Shown: piece after piece, positions 39,236-51,029 of the stretch
Layout of the letters: every line of letters begins with the position of its first letter
How positions within the stretch are numbered: the stretch's first letter is position 1
Assembly (NCBI GenBank): GCA_002189035.1
Contig: NEEC01000019.1
Span: forward strand, 1,860,001 to 1,924,000
Direction of reading: 5' to 3'
Source of the DNA: Utricularia gibba
Lineage: Eukaryota; Plantae; Magnoliophyta
DNA: 64,000 bases
Notes under the pieces: generated by a model
What the model saw: only the letters and a program-made list of their open reading frames with translations
The model's database searches: none
What the model was told of the DNA's origin: nothing
Translations under genes and position numbers: made by a program

Positions 39236-42200
39236 ATGGAGTGGACAACGGTGCAGCATTTGGATCTGCGGCGAGCTGGTCGGAGCTCTAAACCCTTGCA
39301 GCCTCATGCCGCTGCTTTCCACCCGACTCAGTGTCTTGTTTCCGCTGCCGTTGGCACGCACATCATCGGTATTCCTCAACTCCTGTTCCTTCTTAGATTA
39401 TTGAGGACCTGGAGAAGCCGATATTAGCCATATGTTTGTGTTTGCACAGAGTTCGATGCGTACACAGGAAGCAAGATTGCAGCTCTTGACATAGGATCGC
39501 CAGTTGTTAGGATGGCCTATAGTCCTACGGCTAGTCGTTGTGTGATTGCTATACTTGAGGTCAGTCATTAGCCCTTTTGGTTATAGTTTTTCCATCAGTT
39601 CTTTGGATCGTTATTATAAGAGGAGAAAAAGAAAATGGTCGCATGTAAGCTGCTGCTTTTTGAGGTTAATGGAGTAAATGCGTGGCTTTTTGGTTCATGA
39701 TTAGAATGCGATGCAATGGGGAAACTTTATAATATCGTTAATGCATCATGCTTTGTTCTATATTAATTGTTTATTTGATTTGCATTTGCTTAGTATGTTT
39801 TTTTTTTTTTTTTTTTTTTTGTGTGGGGTTGTTTGCTTTCTGTATCAAAGCCAGGTTAATAACTCTCTCCTTTCATCGAACAATTATTTGTGTTTCATTT
39901 GCAGGATTGTACTATCAGGTCCTGTGACTTTGATAGTGAGCAAACATGTGTTCTACATTCACCCGAAAAGAGGACTGAACAAATATCTATTGAAACTGAA
40001 GTTCACCTTGCCTTGACTCCTCTTCAGCCTGTTGTTTTTTTTGGTCTGCATAAGAAGATGAGTGTTACAGGTAGAACACATTACGTAACAATGATTTTTG
40101 ACATGTCCATTGCCCACTTGTCATACCTATCACTTTCTATAACCTTAATATGGGTTATTAGGTAATTCCTGTAAATGATTCAAATGTAGTGTGATGCCAT
40201 GGTATGGTTTTTAACTTTATATTCTTCAAAAGATCATGTATTCTCGCAAATAAGCCTATCCTTAATAACTTAAAGCCCATGCCCCTCTTTATGCTGGTAT
40301 TGTGCCTCATCTTAAAAAGAATATGATGGTCTTGAAATTGCTTCTTCTCTCTCTAATTTCGTTAATTTCTCTCCTTACTACTTTGGTTAAGTGGTGGCAA
40401 CGGTGGAGGGTGGAAGGGCACCTACCAAAATAAAGACCGACCTAAAGAAACCTATAGTCAATCTTGCTTGCCATCCTCGCCTCCCAGTTTTGGTAAGGAG
40501 AGAATTGTACTTTCTGTATGTAGATATACACCAGATACCCGGGAAGCTGAAGTTTCTAATGTTTCATTTTTTTAACAGTATGTAGCCTATCAAGATGGCT
40601 TGATTCGGGCTTACAACATACAGACATATGCAGTTCATTACACATTGCAGAGTAGGCATTAAACAGCTCTTATATTAAAAATACCCCACTTCTACTATCT
40701 ACTCCTTTGTCACCAGACTATCATTTTGTTGGTGCTTTTTTAGTTGATAGCACCATCAAGCTACTGGGAGCTGGGGCTTTTGCATTTCATCCTACACTAG
40801 AATGGATTTTTGTTGGTGATAGGACAGGCAGGCTTCTGGCATGGGACTTATCCACTGAAAGGCCTATGATGATTGGAATGTAAGTTCATTTCTTTTGTTA
40901 ACTTTGGGTTGTCCAGACGTGTCTGCATATATTATTGCTACATTTTGACCATTTATGTCCCTGATGTTTTTTAAAAAAATCTGCATTTGGGTCTGCATTG
41001 TTTAGTTTGAATGAAGTATTATTGCTACATTTATCCGTTTATGTCCCAGGTATTTGTTTCATGGATCTTTCTAAAAAAAAAATCTGCATTTGAATATACA
41101 CTGTTTAGTTTGACTAGAGGTTTGCGTTTAATCCAAGTTTAGTACACAAGTGGGTTCACAAGCGATCACATCCATTGCTTGGCTTCCTATGCTGCGGTTA
41201 GTGGTCACTCTGGCAAAAGATGGAAGTGTTCATGTCTGGAAAACGAGACCGGTCACAAACCCTAACAGACCTCCAACACAGGCCAATTTTTTTGAGGCTG
41301 CTGGTTAGTTGAGCGTATTCTCCTGCCCTCATTATGCTTCTTCCATCGATTGTTTGGTGATTTATCTCCTGTTACCACCCTTTTAGCTGAATGTTTAATG
41401 GGTTTTCTGGAAGACTTTTAAGCAAGCGTTACTGACTTCCTTTTTAAGTAAGGGATTGCTATTTTGTACGAAAAAGTGGTAATAAGTGGACATTTTTGGT
41501 GGACGAACTGACCTATCCTTTATAGCTATTGATAGAATGATTTATTTCCCTGACGTAATGATTTGCATATATTTTTAATTTTTTTTTGTGTCTTTTTGAA
41601 CGTCTTTTCTTCACTGTGTACAAAAATGTTTGGCTTCTTACTTGTCTCTGGAATTCACGGATGTGGTCGAAACATTCTACCGAAAGCAGTGTAAACTTAT
41701 TAAATCTGTCAATGTATTTTGTAGATAACTTGCTGAGCCAACCTTACATTGAGTGTTCCAAAACACATGTACTGTACTGAGATCCGTGATTCTCTTTGTT
41801 TTCATTTTTGTGTTTCACCACTTACTCATTGACTTATTTAATCCACCAAGAGGATTACTTTTTTTGTTGTTATTCTGAGTATCTTTTGAGATAGATAGAG
41901 AAGATCATGTGGTTTCACAGTTAGAAGCTTCTAGTCATGATAACCCATTAATTGAAATACAAAGTGATCCATGTGTTTCGTTGCTCAACGACTGTTTGGA
42001 TCATGAGTTCCTTAGCTTTTTTTGCATACATGTTTATTTTTAATCAAATTGATTCCTCTTGTCTCACACTGCTTTTGCTTCTTTAGCAATTGAATCCATC
42101 GATATCCCCGGCATTTTGTCCCAGCAAGGGGGAGAAGCTGTTTATCCACTTCCACGGATAAGAGCTCTTGAAGTTCATTCAAAGCTTAATCTAGCCACGC

Positions 42201-45200
42201 TAATCTTCTCCGTAAGAATGGTTCTTCTGATGCATCATGGCATATTTAAATGTATAAGTAGTGCTGAATGAGATATTTACCTATATTTAGAGCACAAGTA
42301 GCGGAGATAACAATAAGAACAGAAATGTGTTTTCAAGAGAAGTACGGAAACAACTCTTCTCTGTTTTGCAAAGTGCAAGGGGATCGTCAGGTGATTGGCT
42401 GTGTAACTTATGCGTGTAACTCTCTGATATGATGAATTTATTTATGGCTTTTCATGCTGCTTTGTGATTATTTTGAGGCTTTTTTTAGTTTTTTTCTTTT
42501 TGGCTGATTTGAAGCACACTGGTCATTCTGATGTGATTTTGTGTGAAGAATTGGGTTTATTCAGTGGAAAATTCCCCTTGTCATTCCACGTCACATTTTC
42601 ATGTTTTAAATTTTCGGGCTAACAGAAAATTTTTTGAACCAGCTTCCTTACTGAAGGAAAAACTTGCATCCCTTGGTTCATCTGGTGTATTAGCTGATCA
42701 TCAACTCCAAGCCCAGCTGCAGGAACATCAGGTCAAGGGTGAGTGAGTTTCAAAGTTTTAGGAGATAAGAAGTAAACTGGTGGAGTTAAACCTGGTTTTC
42801 AATTTGAGGGAATTTTTATAATAGGTGCTGAAGCTTTTGTTTTGTTGAATTTTCCAGTCAAAGTCAGCTTACAATATCAGACATAGCAAGAAAGGCTTTT
42901 CTATACAGTGTATGGAACTCTTCCCTTTCCATTCGTAGCTATCAATATAGTGGATTACGTTTTTCTATTTATATGCTACTATTTTTTTCCTGTAGTTTTC
43001 TTGCAGATGTAGTCTAGTTAGTGGACATGATTTTCAGGGTAATGGTTTTTTTTCTGATTAGGACCAATATTTTGTTAGCATTCAAGATACTATGGAAGCT
43101 TTGTTCGCAAATTTCATATTTGCATCATAAAGATTTAAAATTAATGATAAATTAATCTGTGTATATTTTTCAAGAGATGATATCATACGCAGATTTGATG
43201 ATTCAAGTTTGATAAATTAACTGTGTCGATTTCTTAAAAAACTTGAATTCCCTTTTTCTGCTGCCTAGCATTTGAATTTCGGAAAGATACGTGTTTCTGA
43301 ACCCTTGGGTAGCTCCTTCGTTACTCCAGCATAACTGCAATCAAAATGCTGCTAGCATGCTGCAGGTTTAAATGTGAATAATAGATCCTCTTTTTTATTG
43401 TCTATGGGTATCTTTTTTATAGATGGAACAGGTCTAGCATTGTTGTATTTGCTTTATCTAGAAACTGCAACATGAGGTGTAATGTGATCGGGTTTTGTGG
43501 ATCTGTCAGTTTGTCAAATTTTGATGGATTTTTCAAAGAAGTCTTCTTGTGTTGTTAAATGCATGTTTACAAATACTTGGTGATATGATCAACATACGTG
43601 TGGATAAATGCAGTGATGTGATTTATTTTTGGCTTTCACAGTATTTCATGGAAGGTCATGCTAAGAGTGATCCTATATCGAGATTACCTCTAATCACTAT
43701 TTTGGATACTAGAGATTATCTAAGGAACCTTCCTGTTTGCCAGGTACCCATAAAATGTCCACTGATTACCAAAATCTCACGCATCTAGTATGATATTTAA
43801 AGGGGTTCTGACTACGTTAATGTTGCAGCCATTTCATCTAGAGTTGAATTTCTTCAGTAAGGAAAACCGCGTTCTACATTATCCTGTCAGGGTCTTCTTT
43901 ATTGAGGGAGTGAACCTCATGGCTCACAATCTTGCCTCTGGAGCTGAAAATGTTTATAGGAAACTGTACACATCGGTAATGTTTGTATTCTGTTTTTATC
44001 AATATTGTAACTTTAGTATTTGAGACTCATCTTTGGACAGATTCCCGGGAATATAGAGGTCCATCCAAGACACATTGTTTACAGTAAAAAGCAACACCTC
44101 TTTCTTGTAGTTTATGTAATTGGTGCCACGTATGAGGTAGTTTTGTATTGGGAAAACAACGATCCCCAAATTGCCAGCAGTAAATGTTTAACAATAAAAG
44201 GTATGCACTTTCATCATCAGTTAATATTCCAATGGTCGCTGAGGAACTATAACTTAATGATTTGTTTTCCAATTATACGAACTTTCAGGAACTGATGCAG
44301 CTTTTATTGGTCCTAAGGAGAATCAATTTGCCATTCTTGCCGATGACAAGTCCACTCTTTCTTTATATATGTTGCCCGGGGCAACTTCAGATGAATCCTC
44401 AGAAGTAAATGGAACATTTAGTGAAAACCAACTTGCAGAAACTGAAGCTACTCTTATTAAGGGCCCTGCACAATTTATGTTTGAAAGTGAAGTTGATCGC
44501 TTGTTTTCTACTCCTCTAGGTGCTTTTCAGGGACTGAGTCTATGCTCATATATGTGATTTTCTACTAACTGATCTAGATTTCTACTTGTGTAGAGTCAAC
44601 TGTGATGTTTGCTTCTCATGGGGACCAGATCAGTTTGAGTAAGCTTGTTATAGGCTACCATCATCCTAGTGCTGATGGGCATTACATCCCAACCAAAGCT
44701 GAAGGAAGAAAATTCATCAAATTGAAAGGAAAAGAGACTGTGCTTCAGGTGTGTACGCTTTATTGACATGACTGTGAATGGATCTTTTCTCCTCTATAGC
44801 TTCACTGGCTATCTCTAATTGGGCCTTGGCTGTTATATTACAAGCAAAAACAACATTAACACGCTATTGTGGCCACATTTCGATAAAGTACTGGTTTGTT
44901 CTATGCGGGCTTGTGGTTTGCCCCTGTCATCAAACCTATTTCACACTTAAATTGTATTGCTTATTGTATGATCAAGTTACAGTTAAATAATTGAGCATCC
45001 GAATGATTTCTGGTCACAGGATGAATTTTCTTTTGATGATTTGGCGTTTGATAGTTCTGGAAGCCCAGGACTAGTGAATTATGGAACTCAATTTGTTTAG
45101 GTTGACTGCATGGTCCTACGTAGGTACAATGGCAAGAAACACTCAGAGGCTTTGTTGCTGGCATATTGACCACAGAGCGTGTGATCATTTCCGACAGTGA

Positions 45201-48200
45201 TCTTGCGATACTGGCTAGTACTTCACAAAAGTTTGACAGGGGCTTTCCTCCAATATCCTTCGTCTACTTCGGATGTTTCTTTCTTTAGCACTTTCTCGCT
45301 TTCTTTTTCTCTCTCTTTTTTTTTTTATCATTCTGCGTTTTTCTTAATTCTTCTTCACTATAGATCCCTTTTGTGGGTTGGTCCTGCATTACTCTTTTCC
45401 ACTACTGCAGCCGTGAACATTCTCGGTTGGGATGGTAAAGTTAGGACTATCCTCTCCATCAGTATGCCTAATGCAGGTTGGTGAGGGCATTTGCATAGTG
45501 CATGCATTTCAAGTTTTTTCTCTTCATTGGATTGCGTTCTCACTCCCTATCTTCCTTATATTCTCATGGTTTGCGTAATTAACTTTTTGCAGTGCTTCTG
45601 GGTGCTCTGAACGATCGCCTGCTTCTTGTAAACACAACTGATATAAATATCAGGCAAAAGAAAAAGTTTGAGATCAAGCATTGCATGGTCGGGCTACTTG
45701 AACCGCTTCTCATTGGATATGCTACAATGCAGCTACAATTTGAGCAAAAGCTCGATCTTCCTGAAATCCTATACCAAATAACATCGAGGTATTTATTTAA
45801 CTGAATGCACTTTTTGATAGTGCTCCATGTTTGATAAGTGTCATCATTCCTGCCCTTGATTCATTTGTTCTTCATTCGATTACTATGTAACTTTTGTCCT
45901 GGTTTTGCGCTGTTTCTTTGGGCATTTAAAGGTTTGACTGTCTGCGAATCACTCCGAGATCACTTGACATTCTGGCAAGTGGTTCCCCAGTTTTTGGTGA
46001 TTTAGCTGTATCACTGTCACAATCAGGCCCCCAATTCACCCAGGTACTTTCCAGAAGCATGCAGTCAGTATAGTACTTGCCCAATTTTCGCAGCTAATTA
46101 ACCCTTACTTCAAAATTAGGTGTTAAGAGGACTTTATGCCATCAAGGCATTGCGATTTTCAACTGCCTTATCTGCACTTAAAGATGAACTTTTGAGATCT
46201 AGAGATTATCCTCGTTGTCCTCCAACATCACATTTGTTCCATAGGTTCCGCCAACTGGGATATGCGTGCATCAGGTATTTGATTTACTTACTGTAATTTG
46301 TGGATTTTGCTGAAAAAATTTTCGGATTGCAGTAAGTGGTGTCCGACTTTTAGATATTTTATCGTGTTTCTAATTTGGTTTTCTTATGACTTGTAATATC
46401 TTGCAACAAAATTTGTCTTTCTGATTTATATTGTCTACTGAATGTCCTCCTTGATGCCCTGTCATTGTTTGCATTCATGATACTTGCTGTTGGTAGATAT
46501 GGCCAGTATGACATCGCAAAGGAGACTTTTGAGGTTATAGCGGACTATGAGAGCATGCTTGATCTATTTATATGTCACCTTAATCCAAGTGCAATGCGAC
46601 GACTTGCACAGAAGTTAGAAGAAGAGGGTGCTGATTCGGAGCTTAGGAGATACTGTGAACGGATTCTAAGGGTTCGCTCTACTGGCTGGACTCAAGGAAT
46701 TTTTGCAAACTTTGCTGCCGAAAGTATGGTTCCTAAAGGGCCTGAATGGGTGGTGGAAACTGGGAGATTAAAACGCCTACGAACTTGAAAAATATACCTC
46801 AGTGGGAGCTGGCAGCTGAAGTGACACCCTATATGAAAACTGATGATGGTACCATTCCTTCAATTGTCACAGACCATATCGGTGTTTATCTGGGCTTGAT
46901 TAAGGGAAGGGGTAATGTTGTTGATGTGAGGGAAGACAGTCTTGTTGTAAAAACATTCAAAGTTGATGGAGCTATCCAGTCAAATGGGCAGCAAACATCT
47001 AATGCTACACCCATTCCTAATAAGCCCCTGGATAATACCACTACTGCTGACCCAAAGGATGGTTCTCTCATGGGTCTGGAGTCCCTCTCTAAACAGTTCG
47101 CTAGTTCGAATTCCATGGATGCGCAGGCTAAGGCTGAAGAAGAATTCAAGAAATCTTTGTATAGTTCAGCTGATGGCAGCAGCAGTGATGAGGAGGACAC
47201 TTCAAAGACCAAGAAGTTACTCATTAGGATTCGAGACAAAGCAGCTTCATCTTCTACTGTTGATGTCGACAAAATTAAAGAAGCAACAAAACAATTAGGA
47301 GCGCCAATTGGTAGAACCAAGTCAATTACTGGCTCATCACCAGATCTCAGTCTTCTCTTGCCGCAACCTGCTCCTGCTGCAACTGGAGCTCAATTTCCTA
47401 GACCTTCTGATCTTTTCTCAACAAATGCAATGGCTCAGCCACCTAGACCAATGATTAATTCCATGGGCCCTGGGGCTGGTGTTGCCTCTGGCCCAATCCC
47501 AGAGGACTTCTTCCAGAATACAATATCATCTCTCCAGGTTGCAGCATCACTCCCTCCTCCTGGAATAATTATCTCAAAATTGGACCAAGGCTCTCTCAAT
47601 ATTGAAAACAAGTTGCCGCCTCCAACTGACCAAAGAAGTGCACAGATTATTCCAGGCAGCCAGTCCAGCATTTCCGCTGTGGAGATACCTTACAGAGGGA
47701 TACCTCAAACTGTGCTTCCTGATCAGAGCATTCCTTCACAGGGTCTTCCTCAGCCTGGCGCCGCTACAGTGCAAATTTCACAGATACCAGTATCGAATCA
47801 GCCCTTGGATCTTAGTTCCTTGGAAGCTCCTAGGACAGATATGCCTTCCAAACCAACTGCTAGTTCAATTTCTTCTCCAAAAGCAGTCCGCCCTGGGCAG
47901 GTAATTACTTCTCAACGTGTCAATACAGTGTGTAATTGGTTGGTTATTATGTCATATTGTCTTTGGAATTCTGTAGAAAGTGTAGTTCACATTTTACAAT
48001 TAGAAACAGTAGGGAAAAAAATGTATTTTTTGTGAGCCCACATGTTCTGTACTAGATTGCTGAGTGCACAGAATGGGTTAGCGGCATGTCTTTTCACTGA
48101 TTTTAGATGGATGCTCTTGATAAAGTAATCCTCTAAAAGGTCATTGTCATCTCTATTTTCATGTCTAGCCGCCTGCGTATTCTCCCATGTCTTTGGATGG

Positions 48201-49283
48201 AATGAATTGTACTTTTTTTTTACAATGCATGGTGGATTTTGTGCTGTGTTATCAATATTTTGGAGCTTGAAGAAGCATATTTACTCCCTAATATTGTTGT
48301 AGGTCTTTTTTCAAAAAAGAATTAATGCATTCTTCGCCTCCTAAAGGAAACTGAAATGTGTTTCTTTTTTTTTTATTCTAGGTGCCCCGTGGTGCAGCTG
48401 CAGCAGTATGTTTCAAAACTGGGCTTTTACACCTAGAGCAGAATCAGCTTCCAGATGCTTTATCCTGTTTCGATGAAGCTTTTCTAGCCTTGGCCAAGGA
48501 TCAGTCTCGAGGAGCTGATGTTAAGGCCCAAGCAACAATTTGTGCCCAATACAAAATTGCTGTTACTCTTCTACAGGTATTAATATATTAGCTCTTCTTC
48601 AGGCATTTTATTTTATTTTTTAAAAATTAGCAACACCTTCTGCATATAACTATAGGTGATTTGTCTCAGTATAAAAATACATTTTCTCGCTGAAATTTTG
48701 TTGTCTTTCAATATTTCCGGGCTGCAATAAAAGAAAACTAGTTTTTTATAGTCTACCTTGTCTATTTTTTGGTTCAGTTGCTAAATGTATTTGGGTTTCT
48801 TTGACTGAAGGAAGTAGCTCGACTTCAAAAAGTTCAAGGCCCCAGTGCAATCAGTGCCAAGGATGAGATGGCTAGATTATCTCGCCACTTGGGGTCACTG
48901 CCCCTACTTGCCAAGCATCGGATAAACTGTGTTCGAACTGCAATTAAAAGAAACATGGATGTGCAGAATTATGGCTACGCCAAACAGATGCTTGAACTAC
49001 TCCTGTCAAAAGCACCTCCTGGGAAGCAAGATGAACTGAGGAGCCTGATCGATATGTGCATCCAGAGAGGTTTGTCAAACAAATCAATTGACCCGCAGGA
49101 AGATCCATCCCAGTTCTGTGCTGTTACCCTCAGCCGTTTATCCACCATCGGTTACGACATATGCGATCTCTGTGGTGCCAAATTCTCCGCCCTTTCAGCA
49201 CCAGGTTGCATCATATGTGGAATGGGAAGCATTAAAAGATCTGATGTCATTGCCTCGCCGATCACCCTTCTCCTTTCGGATGA
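39236..49283 (+). CDS. TWD40-2: TWD40-2 subunit of the TPLATE/TSET endocytic adaptor complex, about 24 exons (two apparent 1-nt deletions)
   Basis: MEWTTVQHLDLR...KPLQPHAAAFHP, TKIKTDLKKPIVNLACHPRLPVL, LDLFICHLNPSAMRRLAQKLEE, EDFFQNTI and CIICGMGSIKRSD. Adding one C at 49265-49267 gives the ending PSPFG* at 49283; the uncorrected ORF ends at 49347. Confidence 0.95.
40929..41118. repeat. Imperfect tandem duplication (about 90-100 bp units) in a TWD40-2 intron
   Basis: TATTATTGCTACATTT...TTTATGTCCC...AAAAAATCTGCATTTG...TGTTTAGTTTGA occurs twice in tandem (from about 40929 and 41018). Confidence 0.8.
45253..45358 (+). other. U12-type (minor spliceosome) AT-AC intron in TWD40-2
   Basis: 5' end ATATCCTT, branch-like TTTCTTAAT 11-12 nt from the 3' end, terminal TCAC. 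Removal joins FDRGFPP to YRSLLWVGPALLFST in frame. Confidence 0.9.
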
Positions 49284-51029
49284 GGTTCACAGCAAGGACA
49301 TGACATGCTCGGTTAGTGTTCTTCACCTGTACGATTGGAAGTGGTGACCTCATTCTTAGATTCCATAAACTATGTGATTTTGTAAACTATAAAGTTTCCG
49401 AAGAGTGATGATGGCCTGAGATTCTGCTGCTGCTGCTGCATTCTTTTATACTATGTGATTTTTTGCTGTTCCGAGTAGCACCTGCGACTGTGGGAAACAA
49501 GAAGGCACATGGATCTCAAACGCCTTCCTTTCCAGCATGAACCTGATTCCTGACTGCAGTGATATTCTCCTTGACATCTGTGTTCATATATCAGGAACTT
49601 GATATCTATAGTTCAGCACACAGGGGACTCCAGAAACTGCATCTTCGAACATCAGACCACCTGCTATCTTGCAACAATTTCACCATTACTCGAAAACCCG
49701 AATTCAGGCGCAGCTCCACTAATTCAGGAAGTGAACAGTGCGCACTCTTGTTCCAACCCAAGGACTTGTTCAACTAGAAGCTCGAGTGTGCCTCCTTTGT
49801 CACGAAGAATAAAATACCTGGCAAAGTCAGCTTCCCAACAGGCATTATAAAACAGTGGCTCCTTCGGTGGCACGCGTGCAACTATACATCATTTTATTTT
49901 AGTATGCCATTTTAATGAAAAGTAATATACGTAAAACATATAGAAGTTTGAAGCATCATTTCCGGCCTTTTCTTTTTCTTTTTTTTTTATTTAAGAGTAG
50001 AAGACTGACGTGTGCAATTGATAATTTAGGGGGAAATGTGACATGCCCATAGCCAACCACATACCCGTATCTGTTTTCAAGCGGCGTTGTGTCTTTCACC
50101 TGCCAAACTAAAGCGAAGCCCTTTTCCAGCAGAATTTCAGACCAAGACCTGCAGTTTCCCTCATCCTATTCCCGCCGCCCCATTCCGCCGCCGTTCGCTT
50201 CACCGTCGCCGCCGTGCTCCGTCACTTTCACTTGTTCGCCGCCATCAAGTTTGTAATTTTCCCTCCACTTGGGGCCGTTTTGCGTGATTTTTCTCTGCTC
50301 TGCCGTCGGAGCATAGGCCTGGGCTGATTCGTATGTGCCCAAGCATTTTTTGGTTGGAACTTAGGTGAAGGTGGTTTCCTGATTCAATCTACTGATCTTT
50401 GTTGTTTTCAGCATGGATTACTAGTGACCTCGATTGCTGGCGTGGAGTGGCGCTTCCACTTGCGATTTCCTTTTCGGTGGTTTCCGGTTGGTCGTAACTT
50501 TTAATCTGGATTCCTATTTCGCTGTTTGGTCGGTGTGTGTCATCAATAAGGCCTTCTTTGTGCGCTGTTGACTTTGGGTTAGAATCGTTGCTCTAGAACT
50601 GAGAAGATTCATTCATTAATTCCCGATGCTTTCTTATAGTCGCTCTGTTTTGTGGGTTAATCGTTTCTGTGGCTTCTTTTTGTTTCGAAATGATAGATTT
50701 GCCAACGAATCTTCACTCATGCTCTTATTCTTCTTCTCTTTCTGGTGGAGTTAACCAATTTTTATTTTGAAGTATTTTATGCTCCTTAACTCCTCTCAAT
50801 ATTCCAGAATTAAGCCATTTTTCCTAGTAACCTGTGATACGTGATTTGGATATTCTGCATCAAAAAAATATTCTTTCAAATGTTTCCGGTAGTTGGTGTG
50901 ATTGGTGTTTTTTCATGAAAAATTCAGATTGGCTTTTAAATTACCCAGTAATGAATTTCTTCATGTTGTGAAAATCTTCATCATCTTAGATTTATTCTTC
51001 TGATTGCTTATGCTGCAGGAATTCTCGTG

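Noticed and set aside
49400-49550. GTGATGA ... CTGA, C/D snoRNA-like pair in the TWD40-2 3' flank
   Set aside because: No terminal stem or recognisable rRNA antisense element; the motifs are common by chance.
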